The position numbers and the translations under genes were made by a program. A stretch of 64,000 nt of DNA from Rhodospirillales bacterium (GTDB taxonomy: Bacteria; Pseudomonadota; Alphaproteobacteria; Rhodospirillales; SHVQ01): assembly GCA_009694195.1 (NCBI GenBank), contig SHVQ01000009.1, positions 10,294 to 74,293 on the forward strand, read 5' to 3'. Below the pieces are notes generated by a model. The model was given only the letters and a program-made list of their open reading frames with translations. It did no database searches and was not told where the DNA came from. This document shows, in pieces, positions 37,767 to 46,338 of the stretch (its first letter is position 1; every line of letters starts with the position of its first letter).

Positions 37767-39248
37767 ATGGATCTCGTGCTCGTCAATCCCGGTGGCCGGG
37801 AGGCCATCTACCAGGAGCTCGGCACCGACCTCACGGCGGTCGAGCCGCCGCTTTGGTGCCGGCTTCTCGCCGGCTATGCGCGGGACCGCGGCCACTCCGT
37901 CGCCATCCTCGATTCGGAGGCCGAATCGTGGGGTCCGGAGACGGTGGCGAAGCGGGTCGCGGAGCTCGACCCCAGGCTCGTCTGCATGGTGGTGTTCGGC
38001 CATCAGCCGTCCGCCTCCACGCAGCAGATGGTCGGCGCGAGCGCGGCCTGCGCCGCGATCAAGCGGGCGGCGCCGGCCGTTCCCCTCCTCATCGTCGGCG
38101 GCCACGTCTCGGCTTTGCCCGCGCGCACCTTGCGGGAGGAAAGCGTCGATTACGCCTGCAAGGGCGAGGGACCGGTCACCGTCGACCGCCTGCTCGCGGC
38201 CTTGAAGGCCGACCGCGCATCCGACCTGAGTACCATTCCCGGCCTTGTGTGGCGCGATGGAGACGCCGTTCGCGTCAACCCGTCGGCACCGTTGATCCAG
38301 GACCTCGACGCGGACCTCCACGGCAACGCATGGGACCTGCTGCCGATGGAGAAGTACCGGGCGCACAACTGGCAGTGCTTCGGGGATCTGAATAGCCGGA
38401 AGCCCTACGCGTCGATCTATACGTCCCTCGGCTGTCCCTATAAGTGCCACTTCTGCTGCATCAACGCGCCGTTCGAGGTGAACCGCTACCGGATGCGCAA
38501 CCCGGACAAGGTGGCCGCCGAAATCGACCGCCTCCACGCCGCTTACGGGGTGAAGACGATCAAGATCATCGATGAGATGTTCGTGCTGAACGAGCGGCAC
38601 GTGCTCGCGATCTGCGATCGCCTGATCGAGCGCGACTACGACCTGAACATCTGGGCCTATGCGCGGGTCGACACGGTGAAGCAGCACATGCTGGACCGGC
38701 TCCGGCGCGCGGGCGTGCGCTGGCTCGCGCTCGGCATCGAGTCGGGCTCGAAGCACGTCCGTGACGGGGCGCTGAAATCGCTGAAGCAGGACGACATCGT
38801 CGGCATCGTCAGGGCGATCCAAGCCGCCGATATCAACGTCATCGGGAATTTCATCTTCGGCCTGCCCGACGACAACATCGACACCATGCGTGAAACGCTC
38901 GGCCTCGCACAGGGGCTCAACTGCGAGTTCGCCAACTTCTATTCGGCCATGGCCTATCCGGGCTCTCCCCTCTACGCGACGGCACTCGCGAAGGGATGGC
39001 CGCTTCCCGAGCGCTGGTCCGGCTATTCACAGCACAGCTACGATTGCCTCCCGCTGCCGACCGAGTCGCTCTCGGCCGCCGCCGTCCTCAAGTTCCGCGA
39101 CGAGGCTTTCCACGAATACTTCGCGAGCCCGCGCTATCTTGAAATGGTGCAGCGCCGGTTCGGCCGCGAGACCCGTGCCCACATCGAGGACATGGCCGGC
39201 CACCGCCTCAGGCGAAAAATCCTCGAGGGGCGGGAAGCCGCCGAATGA
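37767..39248 (+). CDS. B12-binding-domain radical SAM enzyme (class B, probable C-methyltransferase)
   Basis: 493 aa. The N-terminal Rossmann-like LVLVNP...VAILDSEAE...LVCMVVFG...LLIVGGHVSALP is cobalamin-domain-like. The CPYKCHFC (Cx3Cx2C) motif lies at 38433-38456. Confidence 0.8.
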   Translation: MDLVLVNPGGREAIYQELGTDLTAVEPPLWCRLLAGYARDRGHSVAILDSEAESWGPETVAKRVAELDPRLVCMVVFGHQPSASTQQMVGASAACAAIKRAAPAVPLLIVGGHVSALPARTLREESVDYACKGEGPVTVDRLLAALKADRASDLSTIPGLVWRDGDAVRVNPSAPLIQDLDADLHGNAWDLLPMEKYRAHNWQCFGDLNSRKPYASIYTSLGCPYKCHFCCINAPFEVNRYRMRNPDKVAAEIDRLHAAYGVKTIKIIDEMFVLNERHVLAICDRLIERDYDLNIWAYARVDTVKQHMLDRLRRAGVRWLALGIESGSKHVRDGALKSLKQDDIVGIVRAIQAADINVIGNFIFGLPDDNIDTMRETLGLAQGLNCEFANFYSAMAYPGSPLYATALAKGWPLPERWSGYSQHSYDCLPLPTESLSAAAVLKFRDEAFHEYFASPRYLEMVQRRFGRETRAHIEDMAGHRLRRKILEGREAAE

Positions 39249-40006
39249 CCGAAGCTCGGGATTTGTCGGGCGTCGCGGTCGCCGTTCTCGCGGGCGGGCT
39301 CGGCACCCGAATTCGGGCCACGCTCGGCGACACGCCGAAGGTGCTGGCGCCGGTCAACGGCCGCGCCTATCTCGATCATCTCCTCGACCGCCTAGCCGTC
39401 CACCGGCCTGCCCGGATCGTCCTCTGCCTCGGCGACCGCTCCGAGCGCGTGCTTGCCCATCTGGAACGCCACCCTCGGCGCGGTCCGGCGATCGAATCCC
39501 TCGTCGAGAGCGCTCCGCTGGGAACGGCCGGGGCCCTTCGCCACGCATTGCCGCGGTTGACCACGGAGCCGGTGCTCGTCATGAACGGCGACAGCTGGAT
39601 CGACGCCGACCTCGGCGCCTTTGTCGCCGCCCATCGAAAGCATGGTGCGCCTGCTTCGATCTTCTGCGCCCGCGTGGACGATGCCTCCCGCTTCGGGCGC
39701 GTCGAGGTGGACCTGCAAGGCTACGTCGTCCGCTTCGTTGAAAAAGATCGGGCGGGCCGGGGCGCGGCGCTGATCAACGCCGGGGTCTACGCCTTCTCGC
39801 AAGCGGTCCTCGGCCGCGTCAAGACCGGCACCGGGGCATCCCTCGAATACGACGTGCTGGCCAAGCTCGCGCCGGGGACGCTCTATGCGCACACCGTTAG
39901 GGGCGCCGCCTTCGTCGACATCGGCACGCCCGAGGGTCTTGCGCGCGCGGCCGAGGTGCTGCCGAAAGCCCTTCCCGAAAACATTCGTCGAACGGGGGCG
40001 GCGTGA
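39245..40006 (+). CDS. sugar-1-phosphate nucleotidyltransferase (HddC/ManC-like)
   Basis: VAVLAGGLGTRIRATLGDTPKVLAPVNG is the G-x-G-T-R motif, and ESAPLGTAGAL is present. An ATGA overlap links it to the upstream radical SAM gene. Confidence 0.85.
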   Translation: MTEARDLSGVAVAVLAGGLGTRIRATLGDTPKVLAPVNGRAYLDHLLDRLAVHRPARIVLCLGDRSERVLAHLERHPRRGPAIESLVESAPLGTAGALRHALPRLTTEPVLVMNGDSWIDADLGAFVAAHRKHGAPASIFCARVDDASRFGRVEVDLQGYVVRFVEKDRAGRGAALINAGVYAFSQAVLGRVKTGTGASLEYDVLAKLAPGTLYAHTVRGAAFVDIGTPEGLARAAEVLPKALPENIRRTGAA

Positions 40007-41007
40007 TCATCAGCCGCACGCCTTTCCGCGTGTCCCTTTTCGGCGGCGGCTCCGATTATCCGCTCTGGTACCGCGCGCACGGCGGCGCCGTGATCGGCTT
40101 CGCCATCAACAAGTACTGCTACATCAGCATGCGGCCGCTGCCCCCGTTCTTCGACCACAAGTACCGCATCGTTTATTCCCGCATCGAGAACGTGAATGCG
40201 ATCGAAGAAATCCAGCACCCGGCCGTGCGCCACGTGCTCGGCAATACCGGGATGGATTTCGGTGTCGAGATCCACCACGACGGCGATCTGCCGGCCCGCT
40301 CGGGGCTCGGGTCGAGCTCGTCGTTCACGGTTGGGCTCCTGAACGCCGTCCACGCCCAGTATGGACGGATGTCGACCAAGGCGCAGCTTGCCGAGGAGGC
40401 GATCCGCATCGAGCAAGACGTGATCCGCGAGAACGTCGGCTCCCAGGATCAGGTATGGGCGGCCTACGGCGGGCTCAACCGGGTGGATTTCCGGCGCGAC
40501 GGCAGTTTCGGGGTCGACCCGATCATCATGAACGGAGAGCGGCAGGACCGCCTGATCAAGTCCTTCATGCTGGTGTTCACCGGTCTTTCCCGCCAGGCGA
40601 GCGAGATCGCCGGGAAAAAGATCGCCAACCTAAAAAACCGCGAAGGCCACATCCGCTCGATGATGGGGATGGTGGACGAGGCGGCGGCGATTCTCGGCTC
40701 GTCAAGTCGGCCGCTGGAAGAACTGGGCGTCCTGCTGCACGAATCCTGGCGCTTGAAACGGGAGCTCACGGACGGCATCACCAATGCGACGATCGATTCC
40801 ATTTACGAGGCAGCGCGCGCGGCGGGCGCCGTCGGCGGCAAGCTCATGGGCGCCGGCGGCGGGGGATTCATGCTGTTCTTCGCCGCGCCGGAGCGCCAGC
40901 AGGCGATCCGCGACGCCCTCGCCAAGCTCGTGCACGTCGCTGTTGACGTCGACCGCGCGGGCAGCCGCATCGTGGTCTATGAACCGGACGGCCTTCACAA
41001 GCGCTGA
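40003..41007 (+). CDS. GHMP-family sugar kinase (HddA-like)
   Basis: IISRTPFRVSLFGGGSDYP is an HddA-type N-terminus. PARSGLGSSSSFTVG is GHMP motif II. GKLMGAGGGGF is motif III. Confidence 0.85.
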   Translation: MIISRTPFRVSLFGGGSDYPLWYRAHGGAVIGFAINKYCYISMRPLPPFFDHKYRIVYSRIENVNAIEEIQHPAVRHVLGNTGMDFGVEIHHDGDLPARSGLGSSSSFTVGLLNAVHAQYGRMSTKAQLAEEAIRIEQDVIRENVGSQDQVWAAYGGLNRVDFRRDGSFGVDPIIMNGERQDRLIKSFMLVFTGLSRQASEIAGKKIANLKNREGHIRSMMGMVDEAAAILGSSSRPLEELGVLLHESWRLKRELTDGITNATIDSIYEAARAAGAVGGKLMGAGGGGFMLFFAAPERQQAIRDALAKLVHVAVDVDRAGSRIVVYEPDGLHKR

Positions 41008-41019
41008 GGATCGGCTGGA

Positions 41020-41619
41020 ATGGTGAAGCCCGCGGGAGAGAAAGGGGCGCCGCCTGTCTCCGTGCGCGGGCGCCGCCTGCTCGGCGAGAACCGCGTGTGG
41101 AACGTGTACCTCGACCATATCGTCGGCGAGTCCGGTGCCGCCATCGAGGACTATCTGGTCGTCGAGCCGAAGGGCCTTGGCGCCACCGGCATCGGCGGCG
41201 TCGCCATCCTTCCGATCTGGGAGGGCGACATCGTGCTGCTGAAGGCCTACCGCCACCCCGTCCGCCTCTACACGTGGGAGCTCGCGCGCGGATTCCTCGA
41301 CCCCGGGGAAGAGCCCGCGGCCGCCGCGCTTCGCGAGATGGAGGAAGAAACCGGCCTCACGTGCGCTCCGGCCGACATCCGGCCGCTCGGCTACGTGCTT
41401 CCCGAATCGAGCACGATCGCCGGCAAGGAGGCCGTCTTCGTCGCCTTGAAGTGCAGGCCGGGCGGCGCCGTCGACACCAGCGAGCCCGGGCTCGGGAATC
41501 GCCACCGGTTTTCACCGCAAGACGTGAAGCGCATGCTGGCGCGCTACGAGATCGAGGACGCAACCGCGGTCGTGACTCTCTATCGATATTTCGCGCTCGG
41601 CGACGAGCCCGCGCGCTAG
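41020..41619 (+). CDS. NUDIX hydrolase (nucleotide-sugar/ADP-ribose pyrophosphatase-like)
   Basis: The Nudix box GFLDPGEEPAAAALREMEEETGL is present. Confidence 0.85.
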   Translation: MVKPAGEKGAPPVSVRGRRLLGENRVWNVYLDHIVGESGAAIEDYLVVEPKGLGATGIGGVAILPIWEGDIVLLKAYRHPVRLYTWELARGFLDPGEEPAAAALREMEEETGLTCAPADIRPLGYVLPESSTIAGKEAVFVALKCRPGGAVDTSEPGLGNRHRFSPQDVKRMLARYEIEDATAVVTLYRYFALGDEPAR

Positions 41620-41620
41620 C

Positions 41621-42496
41621 TCACGCGGCCGGCTTCCGGCCGGCGACGATGCGGAGGCCGCCGAACGGAAACCGGACACCCGCGCGGATCAACGCGATCT
41701 CGGCGGATAGAACGGCTTCCAGCGTGCGATTGAGCGGCGCCGGCAACAGGTGCTCGGCCTCGAACGCGCGGGTCGACTTTTTCGCGAGCAGGCGGCGTGA
41801 CAGGTACTGGGGCACGAAGAGCGACGCCATGAAGGACGTATCCAGCAGAACCTCGAAACCGGCCTCTCGCGCCTTGTCGGCGAGTTCATGGCCTTGATAG
41901 CGCCGGACGTGGCCGGTCTCGGCGTCGAGCCGGCTCCAGAACGCCATGTGCTGGGGCACCGTGAGAAGCACGCCGCCCCCGGGTCGGATCGCCCGGTGAA
42001 TGGCGCGGAGCGCGCCCACGTCGTCCTCGATGTGCTCGACCACATCGAAGGCGCCGACCACATCGAAGTGCTCGGCGAACGGGATGCGCGAGGCCTCCGT
42101 ATGGAAGAGCGTTGCGGCGTCGCCGATCCGCTCCGTGGTGACGGCGAGCGAATCGAGGGCGAGGTCGCTGCCGTAGAGCTCAAGCTCGGGGTTCGCGGAC
42201 CGGATGCCATCGAGGACATAGCCGGTTCCGACGCCCAGGTCGTAGAGCCTGCGTGCGGCGGGAAAAAGCGAGGCAAGCGCCCAAAGAATCAGGCGGCGGC
42301 GCGTCCGGTGATAGAAGCTCTGCTCCTCGCACGCCACCATGCGGGTGTAGACGCCGCGGTTGAACTCCTTCGGCCCCGCGACCTCGCCTGCGACGAAGCT
42401 CGGCCAGCCGTTCACCATGCGGGGCGCGTAGCCGCACGCCTCGCAGCGCCAATCCGCGGCCGTGACCGGCTTGCCGCAGCCAACGCACTGTTTCAT
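41621..42496 (-). CDS. class I SAM-dependent methyltransferase with N-terminal Cys4 zinc ribbon
   Basis: From the ATG at 42496: MKQCVGCGKPV..WRCEACGY, then LYDLGVGTGYV (motif I) and VGAFDVVEHIEDD. The track start at 42736 runs through REP-like repeats. Confidence 0.8.
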   Translation of the reverse strand: MKQCVGCGKPVTAADWRCEACGYAPRMVNGWPSFVAGEVAGPKEFNRGVYTRMVACEEQSFYHRTRRRLILWALASLFPAARRLYDLGVGTGYVLDGIRSANPELELYGSDLALDSLAVTTERIGDAATLFHTEASRIPFAEHFDVVGAFDVVEHIEDDVGALRAIHRAIRPGGGVLLTVPQHMAFWSRLDAETGHVRRYQGHELADKAREAGFEVLLDTSFMASLFVPQYLSRRLLAKKSTRAFEAEHLLPAPLNRTLEAVLSAEIALIRAGVRFPFGGLRIVAGRKPAA

Positions 42497-42544
42497 CGGG
42501 GGGACCCTAGTTGGCTTAACCACCGGCATCAAGGTAAGAGCGTG

Positions 42545-42705
42545 AGAATATTTCGTCACTCCCGCGAACACGGGAGTCCAGGGAAACTGGAAACAGATCG
42601 AAAAATCTGGGTTCCCGCTCCTCATCCTGAGCCGCGCGCCTCTCCTTCGAGACGCAGCCAGTGGCTGCTCCTCAGGATGAGGCGCGCGAGTCGAAGGACG
42701 CGGGA
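42545..42705. repeat. REP-like palindromic elements in the divergent intergenic region
   Basis: ACTCCCG-cgaaca-CGGGAGT hairpin, then the long inverted repeat CCTCATCCTGAG ... CTCAGGATGAGG. Translation gives the HPEE/LRMR-type junk peptides typical of such repeats. Confidence 0.6.
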
Positions 42706-42783
42706 ACGACGCGGTGGCGGTCCCTCCGCTTGACACCCCCTGCCCCCGGCCATATACGCCGGACCACGAAAGAGGGGGCCTGA

Positions 42784-43776
42784 ATGGGCCAGTTTCTCGC
42801 CGACATCCGCGAGCATCGCAGCTTCGTGCTCGGTTTCGCGCCTATCGCCGCGCTTGCGCTGGCCATGGGCGTGGGAGCGCCGCTCGCCATTCAGTCCCTC
42901 GGAGATCGGATTCCGGTCGTGGGGGCGCTGCTGCACGCGATCGGGATCGCGTTCGATCCGAAAATCCTCTACCTGCCGCTCGGCATGGTGTTCGTCACCC
43001 TCGTGAGCCTCGGGATCGAAGCCGCCGGCCTCGGCTATCGCGATTCCACCGTGCGCCGCATCCTGACGAACCGGTCGCCGTCCGTGCGCACGGACCTGTT
43101 CTATTTTCTGCTGCGCGTTTCCGGCCTCACGGCCCTCATCGCCTTTCTGGTCTCGTTCGGGACGTTCGGGCTGCTCGTCGGCTGGATCGAGCAGCGGGTG
43201 GATCTCCGGGTGCTGCAACACGTCGAGAACCCGGCTGTCCAGTTCGCGGCCGTGGCGCTCGCGCAGTCGCTCGCCTTCTACCTCTTCCATCGCCTCATGC
43301 ACACGAAGCTCTTGTGGGAGGTTCACAAGGTCCATCACTCGGCCGAGGACTACAATCCGCTGCTTCCCTACCGGAACCACCCCATCGATTTCCTCGGCGC
43401 CACCCTGCTCGGCGCGCTTTTCGCGGCCGTGCTGGGTGCCGGCGCCGAAGTCGTGACCGCCTGGAGCGTGGCTAACGGCTTCTACCAGTCGCTCGTCCAT
43501 TCCCGGCTTCAATGGAAATGGAAATGGCTGGAGTCCGTCGTCATCACGCCCGCCGCCCATCGCGTCCACCATTCGACGGCGCCCGAGCACTTCAACCGCA
43601 ACTACGGCATCCTCACATTTTGGGATTGGCTGTTCGGAACCTACTACGCGCCGCGCGGGGAGCCGGCCGAGATCGGCGTCGCCGACCGCGCCAATTTCAA
43701 CACCGACCGGTATTTCGCCGAGATGGGCCTCGTCGTCCTCCGGTGGCTCGGGCGCGCGCGGGCGGGGCGCGGATGA
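42784..43776 (+). CDS. fatty acid hydroxylase / sterol desaturase superfamily membrane di-iron enzyme
   Basis: 330 aa and polytopic. It carries the His boxes HRLMH, HKVHHS and HRVHHS. Confidence 0.8.
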   Translation: MGQFLADIREHRSFVLGFAPIAALALAMGVGAPLAIQSLGDRIPVVGALLHAIGIAFDPKILYLPLGMVFVTLVSLGIEAAGLGYRDSTVRRILTNRSPSVRTDLFYFLLRVSGLTALIAFLVSFGTFGLLVGWIEQRVDLRVLQHVENPAVQFAAVALAQSLAFYLFHRLMHTKLLWEVHKVHHSAEDYNPLLPYRNHPIDFLGATLLGALFAAVLGAGAEVVTAWSVANGFYQSLVHSRLQWKWKWLESVVITPAAHRVHHSTAPEHFNRNYGILTFWDWLFGTYYAPRGEPAEIGVADRANFNTDRYFAEMGLVVLRWLGRARAGRG

Positions 43777-45248
43777 CCGCGCCGGCACGCTCTCGCGCCC
43801 GGCCGTTTCCCTTCTATGTGCTGGCGGCGCTCGTCTATGCGAGCCTGCTCGCCGTCGCCGTGCTTTATCTCGCTTACCCCGCGTTCATCGATCACGGCGA
43901 GCCCAGCACGCTCTTGATCGCCTGGCGTCTTCTCCAAGGCTTGCCTGCCTACCCGCCGTTTTCGGCGCCCGAGCGGATCACCAACATTTACGGGCCCCTC
44001 GCCTACGGCGTGAATACGGTCGTGCTCGCCGCGTTCGGCCCTTCGATCCCGGCCGGCAAGGCGGCCGCGGTCGCGGCCGCCATCGCCATGCCGGCGATGA
44101 TCTTCTGGAGCCGCATCCGCGACGGCTGGACGGTCGCCGCGGCCGGAGTTCTGCTGGCGGCAGGCTACGCGCTCCTTCACTTGCCCGCCACGGTGTGGAA
44201 CCGCCCGGATTCCTTCGTGGCGCTCTGCGTCGCCGTTGCGCTCGCGGTCTTGCGGATGCAAAGCCTGGATGGCCGCGAGACCCTGCGCGCCCTCCTGATC
44301 GCGCTCTGCGCGGCGCTTGCGGCGGGCGCCAAGCTGCACGCGGCGCTCTACTTCGCGCCCATCGTCCTCTTTTACGTCTGGGAGCGCGGGCTCGGAACGC
44401 TCATCCTCATGGGCGCCGCCGGAGCGCTTCTGGTGCTGGCGCCGTTCGCGCTGCCGCCCTTCTCGCTCGTCGACTATCTCTCCTGGTTCGAGCCGGTGGC
44501 GGCCGGCAAGCAGAACTCGTGGGGCGTCTTTCTCAAGGTTTTCCGCTACTCGCTGTTCTATTTCGCGCCGCTCGTGTTTCCGCTGCTCGATCGGAAGACG
44601 CTGCGCGCCCGCGACTGGGCGTACGTCGGCGCCTACGCGGGATGCCTCGTCTTGTCGTTCTTCCCCGCCTCGAAGCCGGGCGCCGGGATGCATTACCTCT
44701 TGCCGTTCGCCCCCATTGCCGTCGATATCGCGCTCCGCTACGGCGCCGCGGGGTTCACCAAGCGGATGGCGACAGCCGCGGCCGCCATCCTCGCCCTCGC
44801 CCTTCTCGCGGTCAGCATGCCCATCCAGGAACGCTTCGTTCGCGCGCTGCACTGGGACGAGGCCCGCGCCGTCGGCGGCGAGATTCGGCAGATCATGGCC
44901 GACTTCAGCGGCCGGACCATCGAAATGGGCGTCGGCGACACCGTCGTCTCCTACCCCCGCACGTTCCAGAAGACGATCCTGGTCACGGCGGGGCACCCCT
45001 ACTCACTCGACGCGGCGATCGTGACGGAGACGGCCTATCTCAAGATCCCGCTGCCGCCGGAGACGGTTGCCCGCATTCGCGCCTGCCGCACGGACGTTTG
45101 GCTCATCCCCGCGGGCGAGCGCCCGTTCGCCATGGTCGGCTATTACGCGATGCCGGCGTTCGGCCAGGAGTTCCAGGACGCGTTCCTCGCCGCCTACGAG
45201 AAGCGCCGGAGCTATCGGTACTTCGACGCTTGGGCCTGCCGGCGTTAG
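43773..45248 (+). CDS. polytopic membrane protein, probable GT-C-fold glycosyltransferase (ArnT/PMT_2-like architecture)
   Basis: 491 aa with about 10 TM segments, then a ~150-aa soluble C-terminal domain. An ATGA overlap links it to the hydroxylase gene. Called on architecture and context only. Confidence 0.5.
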   Translation: MTAPARSRARPFPFYVLAALVYASLLAVAVLYLAYPAFIDHGEPSTLLIAWRLLQGLPAYPPFSAPERITNIYGPLAYGVNTVVLAAFGPSIPAGKAAAVAAAIAMPAMIFWSRIRDGWTVAAAGVLLAAGYALLHLPATVWNRPDSFVALCVAVALAVLRMQSLDGRETLRALLIALCAALAAGAKLHAALYFAPIVLFYVWERGLGTLILMGAAGALLVLAPFALPPFSLVDYLSWFEPVAAGKQNSWGVFLKVFRYSLFYFAPLVFPLLDRKTLRARDWAYVGAYAGCLVLSFFPASKPGAGMHYLLPFAPIAVDIALRYGAAGFTKRMATAAAAILALALLAVSMPIQERFVRALHWDEARAVGGEIRQIMADFSGRTIEMGVGDTVVSYPRTFQKTILVTAGHPYSLDAAIVTETAYLKIPLPPETVARIRACRTDVWLIPAGERPFAMVGYYAMPAFGQEFQDAFLAAYEKRRSYRYFDAWACRR

Positions 45249-46201
45249 CCGGACATCGGACCGCCCGGCTCGAAGCCGATCTTGTCCTGGATGATGAAGC
45301 GGGGGCGCCCGCGCACTTCCTTGTAAATCCGCAGCACGTAGAGCCCGAGCGTGCCGATCGCGGCGACGATCGTCGCCCAAAAAAATGTGAGGAGCCCGAT
45401 AAACGCGAGCGTGCGGCCGCCCGCGTGGCCGGCGAGGCTCATCAGAAGGCCCGCGAGGACGGCCACGACCGCGGCGATGATCCCGATCAGCCCCGTGCCG
45501 GCAATCACATAGATCGGGACGAACGAAAAGGACGTGATCGCGGTGATGAAGGCCTTCGCCGGATTACGGCTGAACAGCGGGAATTTGCTGGTTCCACGCG
45601 CGCGCCCGACCCGCTCGTAGGGCACGGTCTCCTGACGGAACCCGATCCAGGCCGCAAGCCCGCGAATGTAGGGATCGTATTCCTTCAGGCACAGAAACTG
45701 ATCGAGCGCGCGGCGGGAGAGTAGCTTGAAATCTCCCGCCTCGACCGGAAGCTTGAGGGTCGAAAAAAAACGGATGATCTGATACGCCCGCTTGGTCACC
45801 CATTTCTTGAGCCAGGTCTCTCCCTTGCGATCGAGCCGCACGGTGTGGATGACGTCCGCGCCCGCCCGCCAGCGCTGTAACAGCTCCGGCAGAAGCTCGG
45901 GCGGGTCCTGCAGATCGCTGTCCATGTAGATGAGCGCGTCGCCCGAAGCCACGCTCATGCCGGCCAGCACGCCCTCCGACGGCCCGAAGCGGCGCGACAG
46001 CGTGATGACCTTGATCCGGGGGTTCCTTTCCCGCTCGCCGAGGAGAACCTCGAGCGAACGGTCGGTCGAGGCGTCGTTGACGAAGATGAGCTCGTAGTCC
46101 TCGGGTCCCGGCTCGAGCGCCTTCGCCACTCGCGCGATCAATTCCGGCAGGTTCTGTTCCTCGTTCCGAAACGAGAACACGACGGAAACAAGCTGCGTCA
46201 T
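45245..46201 (-). CDS. family 2 glycosyltransferase, polyprenyl-phosphate sugar transferase type (ArnC/GtrB/DPM1-like)
   Basis: From the ATG at 46201: VSVVFSFRNEEQNL..YELIFVNDASTDRS, YMDSDLQDPPE (the DxD region) and two C-terminal TM helices. Confidence 0.85.
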   Translation of the reverse strand: MTQLVSVVFSFRNEEQNLPELIARVAKALEPGPEDYELIFVNDASTDRSLEVLLGERERNPRIKVITLSRRFGPSEGVLAGMSVASGDALIYMDSDLQDPPELLPELLQRWRAGADVIHTVRLDRKGETWLKKWVTKRAYQIIRFFSTLKLPVEAGDFKLLSRRALDQFLCLKEYDPYIRGLAAWIGFRQETVPYERVGRARGTSKFPLFSRNPAKAFITAITSFSFVPIYVIAGTGLIGIIAAVVAVLAGLLMSLAGHAGGRTLAFIGLLTFFWATIVAAIGTLGLYVLRIYKEVRGRPRFIIQDKIGFEPGGPMSG

Positions 46202-46338
46202 TCTGCGCCCTCCCGCTGCCGTGTACGCTATCTCGGGAACCGAAAGCAAGCCGCCGCAGGGCACGGGCGCCCTGAATTGCATCCCGCTCGATCTCCCTTT
46301 ACGATGCAGCCGATTCCAGAGGATGTGAGCGGGATTCA

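Noticed and set aside
42497-42736. 80-codon N-terminal extension of the Zn-ribbon methyltransferase.
   Set aside because: It reads through REP-like palindromes, giving HPEE/LRMR junk peptides. The Cys4 ribbon begins right at the internal ATG at 42496.
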